Below are positions 1 through 36,607 of a stretch of DNA of 64,000 bases, piece after piece. The stretch is from NCBI RefSeq assembly GCF_964355755.1, contig NC_092676.1:5247888-5311887 (forward strand), given 5' to 3'. Position numbers and translations under genes: made by a program. The stretch's first letter is position 1. Every line of letters begins with the position of its first letter. The notes under the pieces are model-generated. The model was not told the origin of the DNA and did not search any database. It saw only the letters and a list, made by a program, of their open reading frames with translations. The stretch is from Antedon mediterranea (lineage: Eukaryota; Animalia; Echinodermata).

Positions 1-1041
1 GATTTTTAAATTACCCCAGTATTTTATTTTAGAAATCAATTATTAAACATTAGAACTACCTATTTGTAATAAATCAGCTAAAAAAATACACCACTTTGGG
101 CGTTATGGTGAGTTAAAGTTTAGTTGCATTGAACAATTTAAAAAAAGTGAAAAACACCCCCTTTTTAAATAAATGGTATCTCCCTAAGTATGAAATAAAA
201 AAAAATAAAAAAATATGGAACAGGTACACAATGCATTGTTATTATGCATACACTAATTATTTTTTATAATTAAATGAACAAAACAAAAATATCGTTCATG
301 AAAGTAGTACCAATATCCATTTTAAAAAACCTTAAAAAAGGACAAAATTTGTCAAAAACACAAATTTGGTCGTTGCCATGGAAGTATAGGTGTGAAATAA
401 AAAATACTTCATATTTGATTTCTCTCAACACATATATAGACATGTGCAAAATTTGAAATTATTTGTTTTTAAATTTTAAAATATTATTAATTGGTCATTA
501 TTAATCAATTTGTTATTAAATGCAATCAATAATACTTGTAAGTATTTTCCTCATTTCTAAAAAGAAATAATGAAATGAAATTCATAACAATGAATATTAT
601 GCATTGTAATCAATACATTCAGTTTTTTCAATCATTTAAAAGACATTCATTGTAATATTGTTTTTATTTAAAGAGATTAATTATCATATTACTAAAACAT
701 TTAGGAAAGGAAATTGACATGAAAGTATTAGTATTATGCTATTATCACGTGATAGTGTGATACTATAACATACACACTGTATGATATGCACTAGAGAAAA
801 CAAATATTGCTTTAGAGTAATAATAAAATAAATATTGGTTATCTTATAACAGGGATTTACAGAAAATGTTTATGTTTGCCTAATTAAAGAATACTCATCA
901 GCATTTACTATGTAGATAATGTTCCTATCATTGACTGAAAGACTATAACAAATAATTAAAAATGTATAAGAAAAATAAAAGTTGACACATCAAACAGCTT
1001 GAATATTGTAATTGTTACTGTACATTGTTTTTACTTTGAAG

Positions 1042-1113
1042 GGATTTGCAAATTAACCAAATAAGTACATTGCCAGCCAATGTATTTGATAAATTGACAG
1101 CATTGACAAAACT
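1042..1113 (+). CDS. 72-nt LRR exon
   Basis: aag/G-DLQINQISTLPANVFDKLTALTK-CT/gtaagt; LxxNxIxxLPxxxFxxLxxL consensus. Confidence 0.75.
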
Positions 1114-1476
1114 GTAAGTATTTTGCTAATAATACTTTCTTTGTTTAATTTGATTTAAAAAGAAATAATACATAATGTATGATATGTATTTAATCATCTC
1201 TTAATTAATAATAATATAATTTATAACAATGAATATTATGCATTGTATCATTTTGTAATGTGATCAATACATACAGTATACATTTTAAACCACTTAGTGT
1301 TAATATTTAATTTAAATATTATCAATTCATTTTTTTAAAGATATTACATCTCATGGTATTTAATTTTTTTGTTTAATTTGTTTTAACAATAACTAATGAA
1401 TATTTAAATGAATTGTATGAATTCATAATATAATCAATATATACAGTATGTATTTATAAAACCACCTAAAGCTTAA

Positions 1477-2013
1477 AGCTCAGCTACAGGCATGAATTTT
1501 GAATATAATATCTGGTTAATTGTACATAAATCAAATATTTGTAACAGAAATCAAGACGAAAAACATGAATTTCCCTTAATATGGCCAAATACAAAATTTG
1601 GAAAAATTCTGCTATAAAAACCAGGAAGACTTTTTTTCAGTAGTTAGGTAGTTGAACCTAATGTAATAACATGTCTGATGACTCCCTAGAAGGTGAAAAA
1701 AGATGGTGGATATACGGTGGATAATTTTTGCTATAGCATGAAAATAAAAATCTGAAGTTGAAAAAAAATACCAGAAATGTAAAATTCAAGTTATATTACC
1801 TATATTTTAGTCATCTGATAACATTTTTTACCAAACCGTTTATTTTTTTATAGCTTTTTAAAATTCCTCTCTATTTACAAAATTTGTGTACAAAAGAATA
1901 GAGATTTTACTGTGTAATTTGAACTGATAAGAAAGTGCTTATTTTCAACAAGCTCGTGTAACAAAAATAGATCGTTAATTATTGATTAATTATTTTTTGC
2001 CCGCACCTGGCCT
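1477..2013. mobile_element. Old TTAA-flanked non-autonomous DNA transposon (Kolobok-like)
   Basis: TTAA both sides; diverged ends AGCTCAGCTACAGGCA / TGCCCGCACCTGGCCT; interrupts a duplicated LRR-intron block. Confidence 0.45.
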
Positions 2014-2921
2014 TTAAAATGAATTTAAAAATAAAAACAATATTATTAGGAACAATATGTATGTTAATAATTAAATGTGTAAAGAGAGAAAGAGAGTACA
2101 AAATAACAATGTGAAGAGAAATGTATATGGAAATAAAAGTGGGACAAAACCCAGGTAAGACAAAAAAAAAACACTTAGCATAGTGAAATATTTAACCATA
2201 CTCAAAACATTATTTGTTTTAAATTTTAAAATATTATTTATTGTTAATTGGTCATTAAATAAAGAGATTTAATCATTATGTTATGTTATTAAATGCATTA
2301 AGATGATAAATAATAATTAGAAATTGTTAATACCTGTAAGTATTTTCTTTCATTTCTAAAAATAAATTATGAAATGAAATTCATACAATGAATATTCAAC
2401 ATTCAGTTTTTTAAACAATTTTTTAAAGTCATTCATTGTAACATTGTCTTTATTTAAAGAGATCAATTATCATATTATTTATTATTAAAAACATTGAATA
2501 CATGAAAGTATTAGTATTATGCTATTATCACTTGATAGTGTGATACTATAACATACACACTGTATGATATGCACTATAGAAAACAAATATTGCTTTAAAA
2601 AACAGTAGTAATAATAAAAACATACAGTATATTTTATTTAAAACCACTTAGTGTTATTATTTAATTGTTTTTTTGTCTCAGGAATAGCAAATATCATTTC
2701 TGCTAACACGATAATGGTGGATTCTAAATCATCTGAATGTTCACGCTATTTTGGATTTTCAGTGTTATGCAAATCATAATTTTGACAGGCTAAGACAAGT
2801 TTTGGGGTTCAAGAAATTCATATCACTATAACATACGTACTGTACGATATGCATATGAAAACCAAATATTGCTTTAAAAAACCAGTAGTAATAATAAATT
2901 AAATATTGGTTATCTTAACAG

Positions 2922-2996
2922 GTATTTACAGGAAAACGCTATAACTACCATAGAACCAGATGCATTTTCTTCTTTTGCTTCATCACTTAATCGTTT
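2922..2996 (+). CDS. 75-nt LRR exon
   Basis: cag/G-YLQENAITTIEPDAFSSFASSLNR-TT/gtaagt. Confidence 0.75.
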
Positions 2997-3455
2997 GTAA
3001 GTTCAAACTATGTGATTTTATTATAATTTAAATATTCCCCAACATACTATGAAGTAGCTATTTGGAAAATAATTTATCCTGCAGGTTAAAAGTTAAAAAT
3101 ATAGGATACAACGTTAGTTATTTGCTGTAAGATTCAACTTGAATTGAACGAGAAACTTTGCAAACAAGTGTAAAAGTGTATTTGGTTTTCATCGGGATTC
3201 TTAACTTAATGTATTGCAACACTGGAATGGTTACGTATAAATAATTTTTTTTAAACAACACATTTATGATAATATTAGTCGTTGATTATATTCATTCCAA
3301 TTTTCCTTCTGACTTCGCAAATTATTTCACAAGAGCCCCTGGTTATTTACCTCCTATACAACCTATACTCAAGAAATATTACATAACCTTTATTTTAAAA
3401 CGTTACTATTTTCAAAATTTACTATGGTTAATCATCGTTGAATATTATCATTTAG

Positions 3456-3527
3456 ATATTTATATGGGAACAGATTGCTGTTTTACGAAGATAAAACTTT
3501 TAAAGAATTGACCAACTTAACAACATT
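3456..3527 (+). CDS. 72-nt LRR exon
   Basis: tag/A-YLYGNRLLFYEDKTFKELTNLTT-TT/gtaagt. Confidence 0.7.
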
Positions 3528-4597
3528 GTAAGTATGACAGGTGTGCATACACAATGTTGCTGTTATTATTTTTCAAAATCAATATTTAAGAATTTGAATT
3601 TCATTTAATTCGTACAACTCAGGTCAATTGTCTTAAGTGTATCTCATGGTTAAAGTGTTGATTGGTCCTTTAATTACATTAATGTGTATTATTCATCGGC
3701 GTTCTATACACTAATTTATCAGTTATGTTAATGTTTCCGTAAACTTTATGTCTAAGGGTATGTTCTGACTCACACCACATTGGAGGTGCTTTGCTTTCAG
3801 CTGCTAAACCTTTTTTATAACAATATTGGCGCTGTTGTTTAACCAGTTTCAATTTTTTTTATTGAATATTCTGTTTTAATTTTAGGAAGCTATTATCAGT
3901 AATCTTGTCATATAATCTACATTAATAATTTAAATGTTAGTTTATGTTCAATATAAAATATACATTAACATTAATATGGTAATTCCAATTAAATGTTACA
4001 GTTCATAGTATGTTCTTATTCTTTGTGTAATTATATTATGAGAATACACATAATACGGTGATATTCTGAATAGAATTTATCAGAAAGTATCAATTACTGA
4101 ATTTATTTGAATAAACGCCTTCCAAGTACGCAAAACAATTAAGTAAATTTCCTTCAATTGTTAAAACTGTTAAAATGCAACTAAAAATCAGTCGCATTCA
4201 TTTGTTGTGTGTTTACTTTTTCTTTTATAGGCGATCTGATTGTGCAAGACTGTGTTGACTCGTTGGAGATATTGATGACTGTCAACCTCGATGTGAAGAT
4301 GTACAAACAAGAGATGTATTGATTTTTATTCTTTTAATTTCCTTTATTTTGTCGAACAAAATCCACACGAAAACAAAATGAATCACTGTCAAGTGGCTCA
4401 CCAAAGTGGAAATGGGCAAGAAAACACATAATTAAACTAGAGAGCAATCTGGGAATCTATGCCTCCGTCTACAGTATAATTTTTCTACATAAAAATCTGC
4501 TTTTTAAAATTGTTATTTATTTTCTAAATGTCTTAGTACTATGTGTGATTTTACACTGAATTCAACTAAAAAAAATAGTAAATCGGCGTTTGGTGTA

Positions 4598-4740
4598 AAG
4601 CCCTGTCTACACTACCAAACTAAGTTGACAAAAAAGGTGTAATGTGTCCAAATGTGGTTTTGATATGTCGTCGTCATGTCCATATATGGGCACATCACAT
4701 TTTTTTGTCACATAAGGTTTGATAGTGTAGACAGAGCTTT
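4598..4740. mobile_element. MITE family A copy (PIF/Harbinger-like)
   Basis: TIR AGCTCTGTCTACACTATCAAAC...GTTTGATAGTGTAGACAGAGCT with TAA/TTA-like flanks. Confidence 0.85.
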
Positions 4741-4846
4741 ACAACCAGACAATCTTAAGATTGCACTGCCTCTGAAGTCACTGACAGGCTGATATGTTAT
4801 TGCCATTTTATTGTATTTAACAGCATTGTGTTTATTGTAATTGCAG

Positions 4847-4938
4847 TGTGTTACCTCAAGACATTCGTGTCCAGTAAGAAATGACAGAGAAATCTCAACG
4901 GAATATGAAATGTATAAAAACGAAAAGAAAGCAAGGGT

Positions 4939-4970
<32 letters not shown>

Positions 4971-4996
4971 CTGGTTCCGGTTCCGGATATTCGTAA
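4847..4996 (+). CDS. Putative terminal exon with poly-Asp and GSGSG tail
   Basis: ttgcag/CVTSRHSCPVRNDREISTEYEMYKNEKKARVD(10)AGSGSGYS*. Confidence 0.4.
4940..4969 (+). repeat. (GAT)10 microsatellite
   Basis: Direct reading. Confidence 0.95.
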
Positions 4997-6579
4997 TGGC
5001 AATTGGTTCTCATCGATTGGATGAGGATTCCTGAGGAAATATAATGTTTGGGCAACGACATTCATTATCCTCATACACAATTGTATATATGTTTAAGTGC
5101 AAAAAGTGCGTCACAGTTTGGTTTCCTCTCAATCCAATTGCGCAATCTCTATTTCTGGTTTTGCTTATGAAATTTGTATCTATCGTATTCGTATGTAATC
5201 TTCAGCATCTAAAAATATTTTATTGCAGTAATTATTCGAATAAACGCCCCTTCCCCTACATAGAAAATTAATTTGAATAAACGCCCAAACACCTTAATAA
5301 AAATACCCTCAAATAAACGCCCGGGGCATTTATTTATTTCCTCGAATAAAAACCCTGTCACATATACACAATATTGTATTACAACATCTATTTGTAGTAC
5401 TGTAGGTAGAATTCATTGATTGTCATCTACAATTTACCAAGTATTTTGAAACAATTTTTACTGTATTTTATCACTTTCATATCCAGCGGGTATTTATTTA
5501 TTGATTATATGTTACCAAATTACACTCAAAAAAATAAACGCCTCCCCTAAATAAACCTGAACACGAAGCGCTCCAGGGCCTTTGGCTTATTCGAATAATT
5601 ACGGTACTGTATATATTTGTGATCACAATGATGTAACTTAAATTGTATAATCCATTTTTGTTTAAAATTATCACACTGCAAGTTTAAAGTTCGTTTTTAG
5701 GATTTTATCAGTAATTATACATTCACTAATTCATAATAATACACATGATAATTTATTTAATTTATTGTGTTATCTTGTGAGTTTGAATTGACATCTGTAC
5801 GAAAGATTGTAACGTTTAAATAGGCATATCATGGAAGTTATTCATTCGTTCATTTATTTGGTAAAAACAAGAAAAATGTATGAGAACAGGATAATTACAC
5901 GCAATACTGTGTGTACTAGAAATAGGATTTAAAAATGTATAAACTTCATTAAGGTTTCATCAAATGTTATTTGATTATTTTAATTGCGAGTAGTGTGGCT
6001 CTTGGCCTGACATTTTTAAAGTATAATTGCAATTTACCTTGCAGCTCTAAAGTGTTTTTTAAACAAACTTATATTTTTACCAGCACGTATGAACTTAAAT
6101 TTGAATACTAGCAGCTCTAATTTTCAAAATTGTCTTAGCTCAGTCCCAACCATGATAGGGCTGGTCCTGGAGACTTATATGTTCTGTTTCATATATCAAT
6201 GTATAAGTGCAATTTCCGAGGATCTAACAGCTCTATTTTCAAACTGTGCTTAGCTAAGCCCCAGGCATGGTGGTGGGGCTGAGGTACTGGAGACTCTGTT
6301 TCATATTGGTTATTAGTTAGTTTCACATTTACAATTTTAGCACCCCTCCAGACAGCAATCTGGTATATAAGATAATTTCAGTTTAACCTAATATGGTGAT
6401 GATTGCATTGTATGGAAATGGAAAAAGAACAATGTCAGAAAACGTAAATTCTAAATTTACATTAGAACTGAAACATGTTACATTCTTAATAATATTGGTT
6501 AATTAAATTGAATATCTTAACACAAGGTGTTGAATTGCATTGCTTGAATATTGTATTTTCATTTCACGTTTTGTGTAAT

Positions 6580-6757
6580 AACAAGGTTTATCGCAAATAA
6601 CGTGCGCGACGCATGGTGTAGGAAGGACATGGGAGCAAACGCCACGACGCGTACGTACGTAATTTGATGTTTTTACGTATGCGCGCGTTGTGACATACTT
6701 TGCTCCCAAACCCTTCCCATTATACATTTTGCAATCAATCATTTGCGATACACCTTA
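6580..6757. mobile_element. Small CpG-rich MITE
   Basis: Inverted ends AAGGTTTATCGCAAAT / ATTTGCGATACACCTT. Confidence 0.5.
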
Positions 6758-7505
6758 CGGTCATTAAAGAAATAACATAGATTCTTTGTTTTTGTTTTCC
6801 GCTTACTGTTATCGCTCGGCTGTGTAACTTGGCCTTTAGGAAGATGGATTAAATTGTTCCCGATCGAAAAGACTGACGAGTAACGTCACATCATGGGATG
6901 ACATTGTTACGAAGCAAAATTTGGGACATAGCAAAATAAATACTTACAATTGTGATACAAGAATTCTATATTTGATCAAAACGATTTCTGTACTGTACTA
7001 TGCCTACCTAGACGTAATGAACTCTTATTTGTACACAATTATTTACGTACATAAATTATGATAAGTAAGTACAATTATGTAAGTACAGAAAAATACAGAA
7101 TGTTGTCGACACAGAATTGAGATCTCTCAGGCCTACCCACCCAAAAACAATAATAATTTAATATTAACAGAATTACCTAGGCCTATTAGGCTATATACAA
7201 ACTTAACTATATATATGAAAATTAATTATGTCTGCGTGTGAAGGTTCCTCAAAATACCTCACATTTAGATAAACGTAAAGATGCCTGTTTGAAAGATATC
7301 CATGGCGCCGAATCACGTATATCAGAGCCGACGTGGACATATAAAAATGAAGCCCCTAGAAGGGAAGGGGAATTTATAGGTCATTTCAATCGATTTCTGA
7401 GCACATAAAATTTCACATGAAAGAATACATTTTAGGTTACACGCACTTTTAAGCACTGGGCCTGGTGCGCCACTGGTTATATTCACGCAAAATCTATTCT
7501 TCTAA

Positions 7506-7667
7506 TGCTCTGTCTACACTATCAAACTAGTTTGACAAAAACAGTTTGATGTGCCCAAATATGGTAGTGATATGCCCAAATATGGAAGTGATATGACATA
7601 ATCATGTCCCTATATGGGCACATCACATTTTTTTGTCACATAAAGTTTGATAGTGTAGACAAAGCTT
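7506..7667. mobile_element. MITE family A copy
   Basis: Same TIRs and internal ATGCCCAAATATGGTAGTGAT repeats. Confidence 0.85.
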
Positions 7668-8685
7668 TAAATACTGTATTTTCTGAATGCGTGTGTCATA
7701 GAAGTCTTACTTTCTATTTCATTTCATCAATTTAATGATTTTGCTGTTGAAAATATGCAGAGGGGGGGGGGGGACATGTCAGCGATGAAGACCACTCAAA
7801 TAAAAAGTGTACCAAAATTAAGTCCACTTGCCAGTGGAGAAATAAATTTTATCGAAACAAAACTTGGAATTCAAAAGAAACGAAATGGGAATTGTGTCTA
7901 CTAAAAGACGACCAGCCATGTAGTCATGATCTAAATATCAATAAAAAAAACAATTTAATGTGTGCATATGTTTCACAAATTCATACAACACATAACATTA
8001 GTGTAGACAGATTACATGTAGAATTAACATTGCTAAACAAATATGGTATTAGGAAAAACACAACGGTGCCGATTAAAATGTTCAGATCCAACTCCTTCAC
8101 TCCGAGTGCAGAATGTAGAAATTTTGGAACTTATAGTAGACAATAAAGCAATACAAAATTCACCAATACGATTTGCAAAAGGATGCGAATGAACTGGTTT
8201 ATTTTGATAATATTTATTTACTGTATTTAGTTTGTTTTTTAGTTTACTGTGATTGAAAGTATAATCCATTCAATAGAAAGAATAAATTTACTAATAGGTT
8301 AACAAACATTATGAAACATTATTATTCTTTATCTAATGTACATGGTATGTTTCCTGTGAAATGAATTCCTTGTTACGAGTAGGGGGTAAACCCCAATGAA
8401 CTGGTTCACGAAATATATTACTAACTATCTGAGTGATAGGACAGTGATTTATTTACTATTGGTAATCTTTGGCTACTTTCTTAAAAACGCAAAACCACTC
8501 TGTTTTCAAACAAAGAGAGCATTTTAATTTTGAATCCTTGATGTAATACTCCGGTTGAATAAGAAATAAATTTGCACTTGGCAGGCGTCATTCATAAGAA
8601 TATTTTTAAGTAGCCCACTTATTACCAGCCAGTAAATCAGTTTTGTTACTGGTCTAAATTCCTTGTTACTTTTAGTTACTATTTA

Positions 8686-9146
8686 ACATGTCAACACTCA
8701 ACATGATGTAAGTATCTGATCATGGCATGTCATAGGTCAAATTACTTGCATAACTACATTATGCACATGTCAACACTCAACATGATGTAAGTATCTGATC
8801 ATGGCATGTCATTGGTCAAATTACTTGCATAACTACATTATGCACATGTCAACACTCAACATGATGTAAGTATCTGATCATGGCATGTCATAGGTCAAAT
8901 TACTTGCATAACTACATTATGCACATGTCAACACTCAACATGATGTAAGTATCTGATCATGGCATGTCATAGGTCAAATTAATTGCATAACTACATTATG
9001 CACATGTCAACACTCAACATGATGTAAGTATCTGATCATGGCATGTCATAGGTCAAATTACTTGCATAACTACATTATGCAAATGTCAACACTCAACATG
9101 ATGTAAGTATCTGATCATGGCATGTCATTGGTCAAATTACTTGCAT
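8686..9146. repeat. Tandem repeat, 79-bp unit, ~5.8 copies
   Basis: TCAACACTCA recurs at 8691, 8770, 8849, 8928, 9007, 9086. Confidence 0.95.
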
Positions 9147-9404
9147 TGCACTTGTATCTTTGCATTGTGTCCTAGAAACAATATAAATTATAAATTGGAT
9201 CTGGTCGTTTAGTTTCTTTTTTATTACAACAATTGAAAATACATAAATAGAGCATTTTTGGATTTAAACATCATTTATCAAAATCAAACAATTACCATAA
9301 ACACATGGTATTTGGATTGGTAAGCAAGCATTATAACTTCACATACTGTAGATGTGGGATCATAACTACACACAGGCCTGCCTCATCCAGGCTATTTTTT
9401 ATAT

Positions 9405-9602
9405 TTATATTTATACTGGGTAACCTCTTCAGTCAAAGACTGGTCTCCCAGAGGGCCCAGTTGGTGATCAGTGGCTGTGATGTACTAATACACCGGGGTA
9501 ACCCCTTACTCGTCTCGAAAGATGTACTAGGTTCTTTAAAGTGCACACAAGCTAGATGTGTACACTGGACCTACGGTTTATAGTCCTTATCCGAGAAGAC
9601 TC
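9405..9602 (-). mobile_element. 5'-truncated Deu/Nin-type SINE copy
   Basis: Near-identical to the body and tail of 10826-11118 and 58903-59235. Confidence 0.85.
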
Positions 9603-9630
9603 AACACATGACACTTGGATTGGTAAGCAA

Positions 9631-10050
9631 GCATCATAACTTCACCTACTGTTAGGCCTAACATTACCCATGCTTTAAACCCTTGACCCTTGTATGAGTA
9701 AGGAACCAGAGTAAAGCGAGCATCAAAACTTCACCTACTGGAGGCCTAACATTACCCATGCTTTAAACCCTTGACCCTTGTATGAGTAAGGAACCAGAGT
9801 AAAGCGAGCATCAAAACTTCACCTACTGGAGGCCTAACATTACCCATGCTTTAAACCCTTGACCCTTGTATGAGTAAGGAACCAGAGTAAAGCGAGCATC
9901 AAAACTTCACCTACTGGAGGCCTAACATTACCCATGCTTTAAACCCTTGACCCTTGTATGAGTAAGGAACCAGAGTAAAGCGAGCATCAAAACTTCACCT
10001 ACTGGAGGCCTAACATTACCCATGCTTTAAACCCTTAAATGAGTAAAGCT
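9631..10050. repeat. Tandem repeat, 88-bp unit, ~4.7 copies, just 3' of the POLR3B stop
   Basis: CATCAAAACT at 9721, 9809, 9897, 9985. Confidence 0.95.
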
Positions 10051-10128
10051 AGCACATCACTTCACAGGAGCTTAGTGTTGTTCACAAAGTTTTAACCTTT
10101 TTTACACAGTAGATGTCGCACACAATGT

Positions 10129-33657
<23,529 letters not shown>

Positions 33658-33799
33658 ATTATTATCAACTCTTTATTTTTCAGTGGATAATCTAAACTAG
33701 AAAATATATTTTATCAAATTGATTAATAAAAAGACAATTAATTATAATAATTAGTAATTGGTCAATAATTTTAGCTCAAAAAAGTTTGTCAGAACTTAC

Positions 33800-34360
33800 C
33801 TCACTCCCCCGCTCCCCAAAATATAGCCTAGTTTCAAACTTTCTGTTTTATTTATAGGCCTATAGGCCTAGGCTATTCTTCCACAAAAAAACAATACAAA
33901 ATGAACCTAGTGGTCACGTTAGGTGCGAAAGTACAGTAGCGCGCGGTCAGGTACTGTAGGCCTAAGGCCTACTAGCCTGGCTGGTATTCTACACCACTGC
34001 AGTGGACTGAAACTAGGCCTGGCCCTATCTATGCTACTAGCCTGCTTGCCTTGTCTAACTAGAGAGAGGGCCACCACCAGCAGGCCAGGGCCTAGCTTTA
34101 GCTAAGTTTTCTACTCTAAGCTAGCATGTTAATTATCATAATTTTAAGCTACCTCCAATTATCCAACACCCCTATGTTTGAAGCACTAGCAGGTTACTTT
34201 GTTTTTTTTAGTTAAAAATTAGGCGTGCTTTAACTTCCAAAACATAGAAACATGTGTGCGAAAAAAGGTTGTTGACGATAAGCGCCACCAACTAATCTAC
34301 AAACTGAAACTATGGAACGCCGTTTGTGCCTACAGTATAGGCAGACATGTTCGCCAATTA
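33800..34360 (-). promoter_or_regulatory. Putative POLR3B 5' noncoding exon and promoter region
   Basis: Strong donor GAG/GTAAGT at 33800/33799 upstream of the ATG exon; locally GC/CpG-richer segment with many TAGGCCTA-like palindromes. TSS not determinable. Confidence 0.45.
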
Positions 34361-35109
34361 CTTATAGTCAAATTCTATCAAATTTTATCTTTACCAATCA
34401 TCCATAGTAATTTAAATCAGTTTTAAATATTTGTGTGTTTCAATATGTTGTTTATCATACTGTAGCTTGGAATATAGTATTTCTTATTTGTATGTATGGT
34501 AATGAAATGTAATACTGATTCAATAAAATATTAACCAATAACAGAACAAAAGGTAGAAAACACAATGAGTATTATGCAGTAAAATATGATTATTTATTCA
34601 AAAAATCTCCCATACACCAGAAAAACAATATTTCTTTTGTCACCATTTTCCTCGAATTTTAACAGTGTAAAAGGCAACAGTTAAAATTCGACTCTAGAGC
34701 TCAACAAACACAACACGCACAATGCTTTAAACCACTTGCATTAAAAATATCCAAATCATTTGGGCCGCAATTTTAACGTATCAAAGCTACCTAAACGACT
34801 GCGCATGATCACACAAGAAGACATTCAATTTCTAACATTATAATATAACAGTTTTCTAACAACAAACCCATAGCAACAGTGTTACAATTTTCTGTATTAT
34901 AAATCTATGTATTGCACGAATAACTAACATCTTAAATTGTTGTCAATTGTGCACCGATCGTAATCACTTAAATCTAAATGAATTATTTATTAATTTAAAT
35001 GATTAACTATAAATATTTAATGAATATGCAAAGTTATATTATTAACTTTAATTAAATGTAAATTAATATTTTAATCTATATGGATATTTCAGCTTTACAA
35101 TATGCATAA

Positions 35110-35470
35110 ATTATTGATAAATATGCAAATGATTATTCAAATAGAACTGAAGTATTTATCAATATGTAAATAAATATTCAAAAAGGCCCAAGTCATTAAC
35201 AATATGCAAATGATTATTCAAATAGGTCTAATGTAATATCAATATGCAAATGAATATTCGAATAGGCCCAAGTCATTAAAAATATGCAAATGATTATTCA
35301 AATAGGTCTGATGTAATATCAATATGCAAATGAATATTCAAAATCAATAGAAGTCTATACAAATATGCAAATGATTATTCAAATAGGTCTGATGTAATAT
35401 CAATATGCAAATGAATATTCAAAATCAACAGAAGTCTATACAAATATGTAAATGATTATTCAAATAGGCA
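35110..35470. repeat. 40/41-bp tandem repeat carrying ATGCAAAT, ~9 copies
   Basis: ATGCAAAT at 35123, 35204, 35244, 35284, 35324, 35365, 35405; ATGTAAAT at 35164, 35446. Confidence 0.88.
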
Positions 35471-35997
35471 TTAAAACCAATCTGTCAACACATGAGAATA
35501 TGTAACAAAGTACACAGATTAAATAATCACGGCATCAATGTAAACAACTTTGGATATTACTTGGAGGAAAATGGTATAACCCAAAAAACCTATTGAATGT
35601 TCATATATAATTTCTGTGTTGTTATTCTTAGAATACCGGACCAAATTGACACTACATGGCTACAAGTTAATTGTCATTTCATCATCCTGGAAACACATTA
35701 AACCCCACAACACATATGCATTCATTAAAAACACAATACAAAAACATTGGCATTTACTATTGTAAAATGGACAATAATTTCTAAAATAGATTAGCAATTT
35801 ATTAAATACAACTATTAAAAAGCACACAAATCGATAGTGGAAATAATAGTTAATTTTAACCACAGTTTAAAAAACATATATTAGGCACCTAGAATAAAAT
35901 AAAACACCATAGCAATCAAACTAGAATTACTAATAAACACACTATATTAAAATTAACAAATCATAAAGTAAAAAGGAAGTCAATGTGTATGGTAGCG

Positions 35998-36347
35998 CAT
36001 GTGTTTGGTAAATTCTGCATTGGCAAAAACTGAATTTACCTAGGGAAAAAACCAAAAAATATGCATGTTAACACAATTTTAAAAAGTTGGAAAACTAAAA
36101 TGCATTACATAACCAACTTTGTTTTCTAACAACAGAATACAATTGTGTACCATGTGTTTGGTAAATTCTGCATTGGCAAAAACTGAATTCACCTAGGGGT
36201 AACATTTGTTAGAATTATTGTTTTTTGTACTAATTAACTTCCAATATAACTGTATTTAGATTATGCATGTTAACAAAACAATTTTAAAAGTTGTCAAACC
36301 AAAATGCATTACATAACCAACTTTGTTTTCTAACAACAGAATACAAA
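35998..36347. repeat. Local ~150-bp tandem duplication
   Basis: CATGTGTTTGGTAAATTCTGCATTGGCAAAAACTGAATT twice; AATGCATTACATAACCAACTTTG twice. Confidence 0.85.
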
Positions 36348-36607
36348 TTAATTTGTGTTATTATTTTCCCGTTTTCTAGCATTTTGTTTCTTACATACAT
36401 TTATATTTTTTTAAATATATAGATATATTAATTGCAAGTCAATAATTGCATTTTAGTTTCGAATAAAGTACTCAACAAAATCAACCAAGATACATAAAGC
36501 GACTCATTAAAATAATACATAACCAATATATAATACATAACCAATAAAACAACGCATTATTCACTGAAAAATGAACACAAACAGAATAAGTTTAAACAAA
36601 CGCATTT

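Larger units (their letters stand above)
490..4996 (+). pseudogene. Degenerate 3' part of a leucine-rich-repeat gene built from 72/75-nt phase-2 LRR exons
   Basis: Intact LRR exons at 1042-1113, 2922-2996 and 3456-3527; broken paralogous exons at ~853-911, ~490-538, ~2250-2335, ~3086-3240 (LEWLR, LRRCT-like, with stops); Cys-rich exon 4231-4315 with in-frame TGA; terminal exon 4847-4996. Confidence 0.6.

Noticed and set aside
5019-5070. SECIS element (ATGA-N12-AAA-N17-GA) downstream of the TGA-containing exon
   Set aside because: The spacing fits but helix II pairs poorly by eye, and a competing ATGAGGAT/ATCCTCAT stem sequesters the core; not supported without SECISearch.
4708-5080. Minus-strand poly-Ser and poly-Ile ORFs
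   Set aside because: Alternative-frame readings of the (GAT)10 microsatellite.
9305-9583. Repeated ORF family ILGNLFSQRLVSQRAQLVISG (also 10814-11002, 59026-59235)
   Set aside because: Antisense translation of SINE copies, not a protein family.
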